A model generated the notes under the pieces. The model was given only the letters and a program-made list of their open reading frames with translations, had not been told where the DNA came from and searched no databases. From Chloroflexota bacterium (lineage in GTDB: Bacteria > Chloroflexota > Dehalococcoidia > DSTF01 > JACRBR01), in NCBI GenBank assembly GCA_031400455.1, contig JANNPX010000010.1, forward strand, positions 32,054 through 96,053: 64,000 nucleotides of DNA, read 5' to 3'. The position numbers and the translations under genes are program-made. Below are positions 63,100 through 64,000 of this stretch, one piece after another; position 1 is the first letter of the stretch; the number at the start of each line of letters is the position of its first letter.

Positions 63100-64000
63100 G
63101 TGTCAGAAGGGCGCGAGATCCTGCGCACAGAGGGGCTCTCGAAGCGGTACGGCCGGATCCAGGCCGTGTCGGACATGGACTTGCGCGTCTACGACAGCGA
63201 GGTCTACAGCTTCCTTGGGCCGAACGGCTCCGGCAAGAGCACGACCGTTGGCATGATCCTCGGGCTGGTGCGGCCGACGCGCGGCCGGGCGCTCGTCTTC
63301 GGCAGCGACATGGCGACACACCCATGGCCGGCGTTGCGCAAGATCGGCGCCGTCATCGAGGCGCCCGCGTTCTACCCGTATCTCTCCGGCTACAACAATC
63401 TGAAGGCGCTTGCGATCACGCTGGGCGGTATCACGAACGCGCGAATCGACGAGATGCTGGAACTGGTCGGGCTGCGCGATCGCGGGCACGACCCATACAA
63501 GACGTACTCGCTCGGCATGAAGCAGCGGCTTGGCATCGCATCCACACTGTTGCGTGACCCCGAATTGATCATCCTCGATGAGCCGACAAACGGGCTGGAT
63601 CCTGCGGGAACGCGGGAGGTGCGCGATCTCATCCCGCGGCTGGCACGGCAGGGGCGCACGGTGTTTCTGTGCAGCCACCTGCTGCACGAGGTGCAGGCCG
63701 TCAGCGACCGCGTGGCGATTGTGAAGCGCGGACGTATGGTGGCGCAGGGGACGGTCGCGGAACTGCTGGGCAGCGGTCAGTACTTGCGTATGCGCGCGGC
63801 GGACAACGAAGCTCTTACACACGCGCTGGCCGGCGTGCCGTTCATCAGCGCTGTCGAGCGCGTCGACGGCTTCGTGCGCGCGACGGCCCCGGTGGCGAAG
63901 GCGGCGGAGTTGAACCAGGCGCTCGCTACGCTGGGCATCTATGTCTCGGAACTGACGCCGTGGGAGATGGACCTGGAGAGCGTGTTCATGGAACTGACGG
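63100..64000 (+). CDS. ABC transporter ATP-binding protein (ABC-2 type), 3'-truncated at window end
   Basis: GTG start after GGTGGAGG. Walker A GPNGSGKST, signature LSLGMKQRL, Walker B ILDEP. Runs off the window end. Confidence 0.75.
   Translation, partial: MSEGREILRTEGLSKRYGRIQAVSDMDLRVYDSEVYSFLGPNGSGKSTTVGMILGLVRPTRGRALVFGSDMATHPWPALRKIGAVIEAPAFYPYLSGYNNLKALAITLGGITNARIDEMLELVGLRDRGHDPYKTYSLGMKQRLGIASTLLRDPELIILDEPTNGLDPAGTREVRDLIPRLARQGRTVFLCSHLLHEVQAVSDRVAIVKRGRMVAQGTVAELLGSGQYLRMRAADNEALTHALAGVPFISAVERVDGFVRATAPVAKAAELNQALATLGIYVSELTPWEMDLESVFMELT

Noticed and set aside
62776-63100. Integrase / prophage junction at tRNA-Asn
   Set aside because: No integrase, excisionase or duplicated tRNA 3' end is visible within the window. 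The flanking genes are a surface protein and an ABC transporter.
63103-63822. 239-aa minus-strand ORF at window end
   Set aside because: It is antisense to the ABC-transporter ATPase, whose Walker A, signature and Walker B motifs are all read on the plus strand.

Overview
High-GC (~68-70%) bacterial chromosomal segment, gene-dense, mostly housekeeping and signalling genes; it looks like a Chloroflexi/Thermomicrobia- or actinobacteria-like genome, but I cannot assign it from sequence alone. The ORF track apparently reports GTG/TTG starts as M; I have assumed this when refining starts.

Recognisable genes:
- bioB-bioY and dnaG-rpoD (overlapping ATGA junction).
- An FmdB zinc ribbon and a class II B12-dependent ribonucleotide reductase (nrdJ).
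- A Zur-znuC-znuB operon with no znuA, ending in a translationally coupled L,D-transpeptidase lipoprotein.
- An ECF sigma / anti-sigma pair followed by a DUF4242::adenylate-cyclase fusion.
- A UbiB/ABC1 kinase.
- Three family-III CoA-transferases and an alpha/beta-hydrolase::LuxR fusion regulator.
- thrB, a GGDEF cyclase and ychF.
- A methionine-salvage / SAM-cycle cluster (SAM-I riboswitch, mtnA, mtnP, GNAT, ahcY, metK).
- The MoxR-DUF58-transglutaminase triad.
- An M20 amidohydrolase, ald, serA and a CapA-family protein.
- SDR oxidoreductases, five DinB/DUF664 paralogs and an HNH endonuclease.
- tRNA-Asn(GTT) and a 3'-truncated ABC ATPase.

I found no CRISPR array, rRNA, transposase or integrase.

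The most unusual observations:
1. Several families of short dispersed GC-rich intergenic repeats:
   - a REP-like 22-bp palindrome with 5 copies;
   - a roughly 30-bp palindromic element with 2 copies;
   - CACGAAGG tandem-repeat arms that form a MITE-like unit at about 47.68-47.83 kb and also flank the cyclase gene.
2. A perfect (GGCTGACC)x12 octanucleotide repeat in the divergent promoter region between two GAF-containing operons.
3. Two PT-repeat surface proteins sharing an LP[D/E]AG + transmembrane + basic-tail C-terminal sorting-like signal.
4. The Zur-ZnuCB-L,D-transpeptidase operon with a 7-1-7 palindromic candidate operator.

Coordinates for features that are not ORFs were counted by hand and may be off by 1-2 nt.
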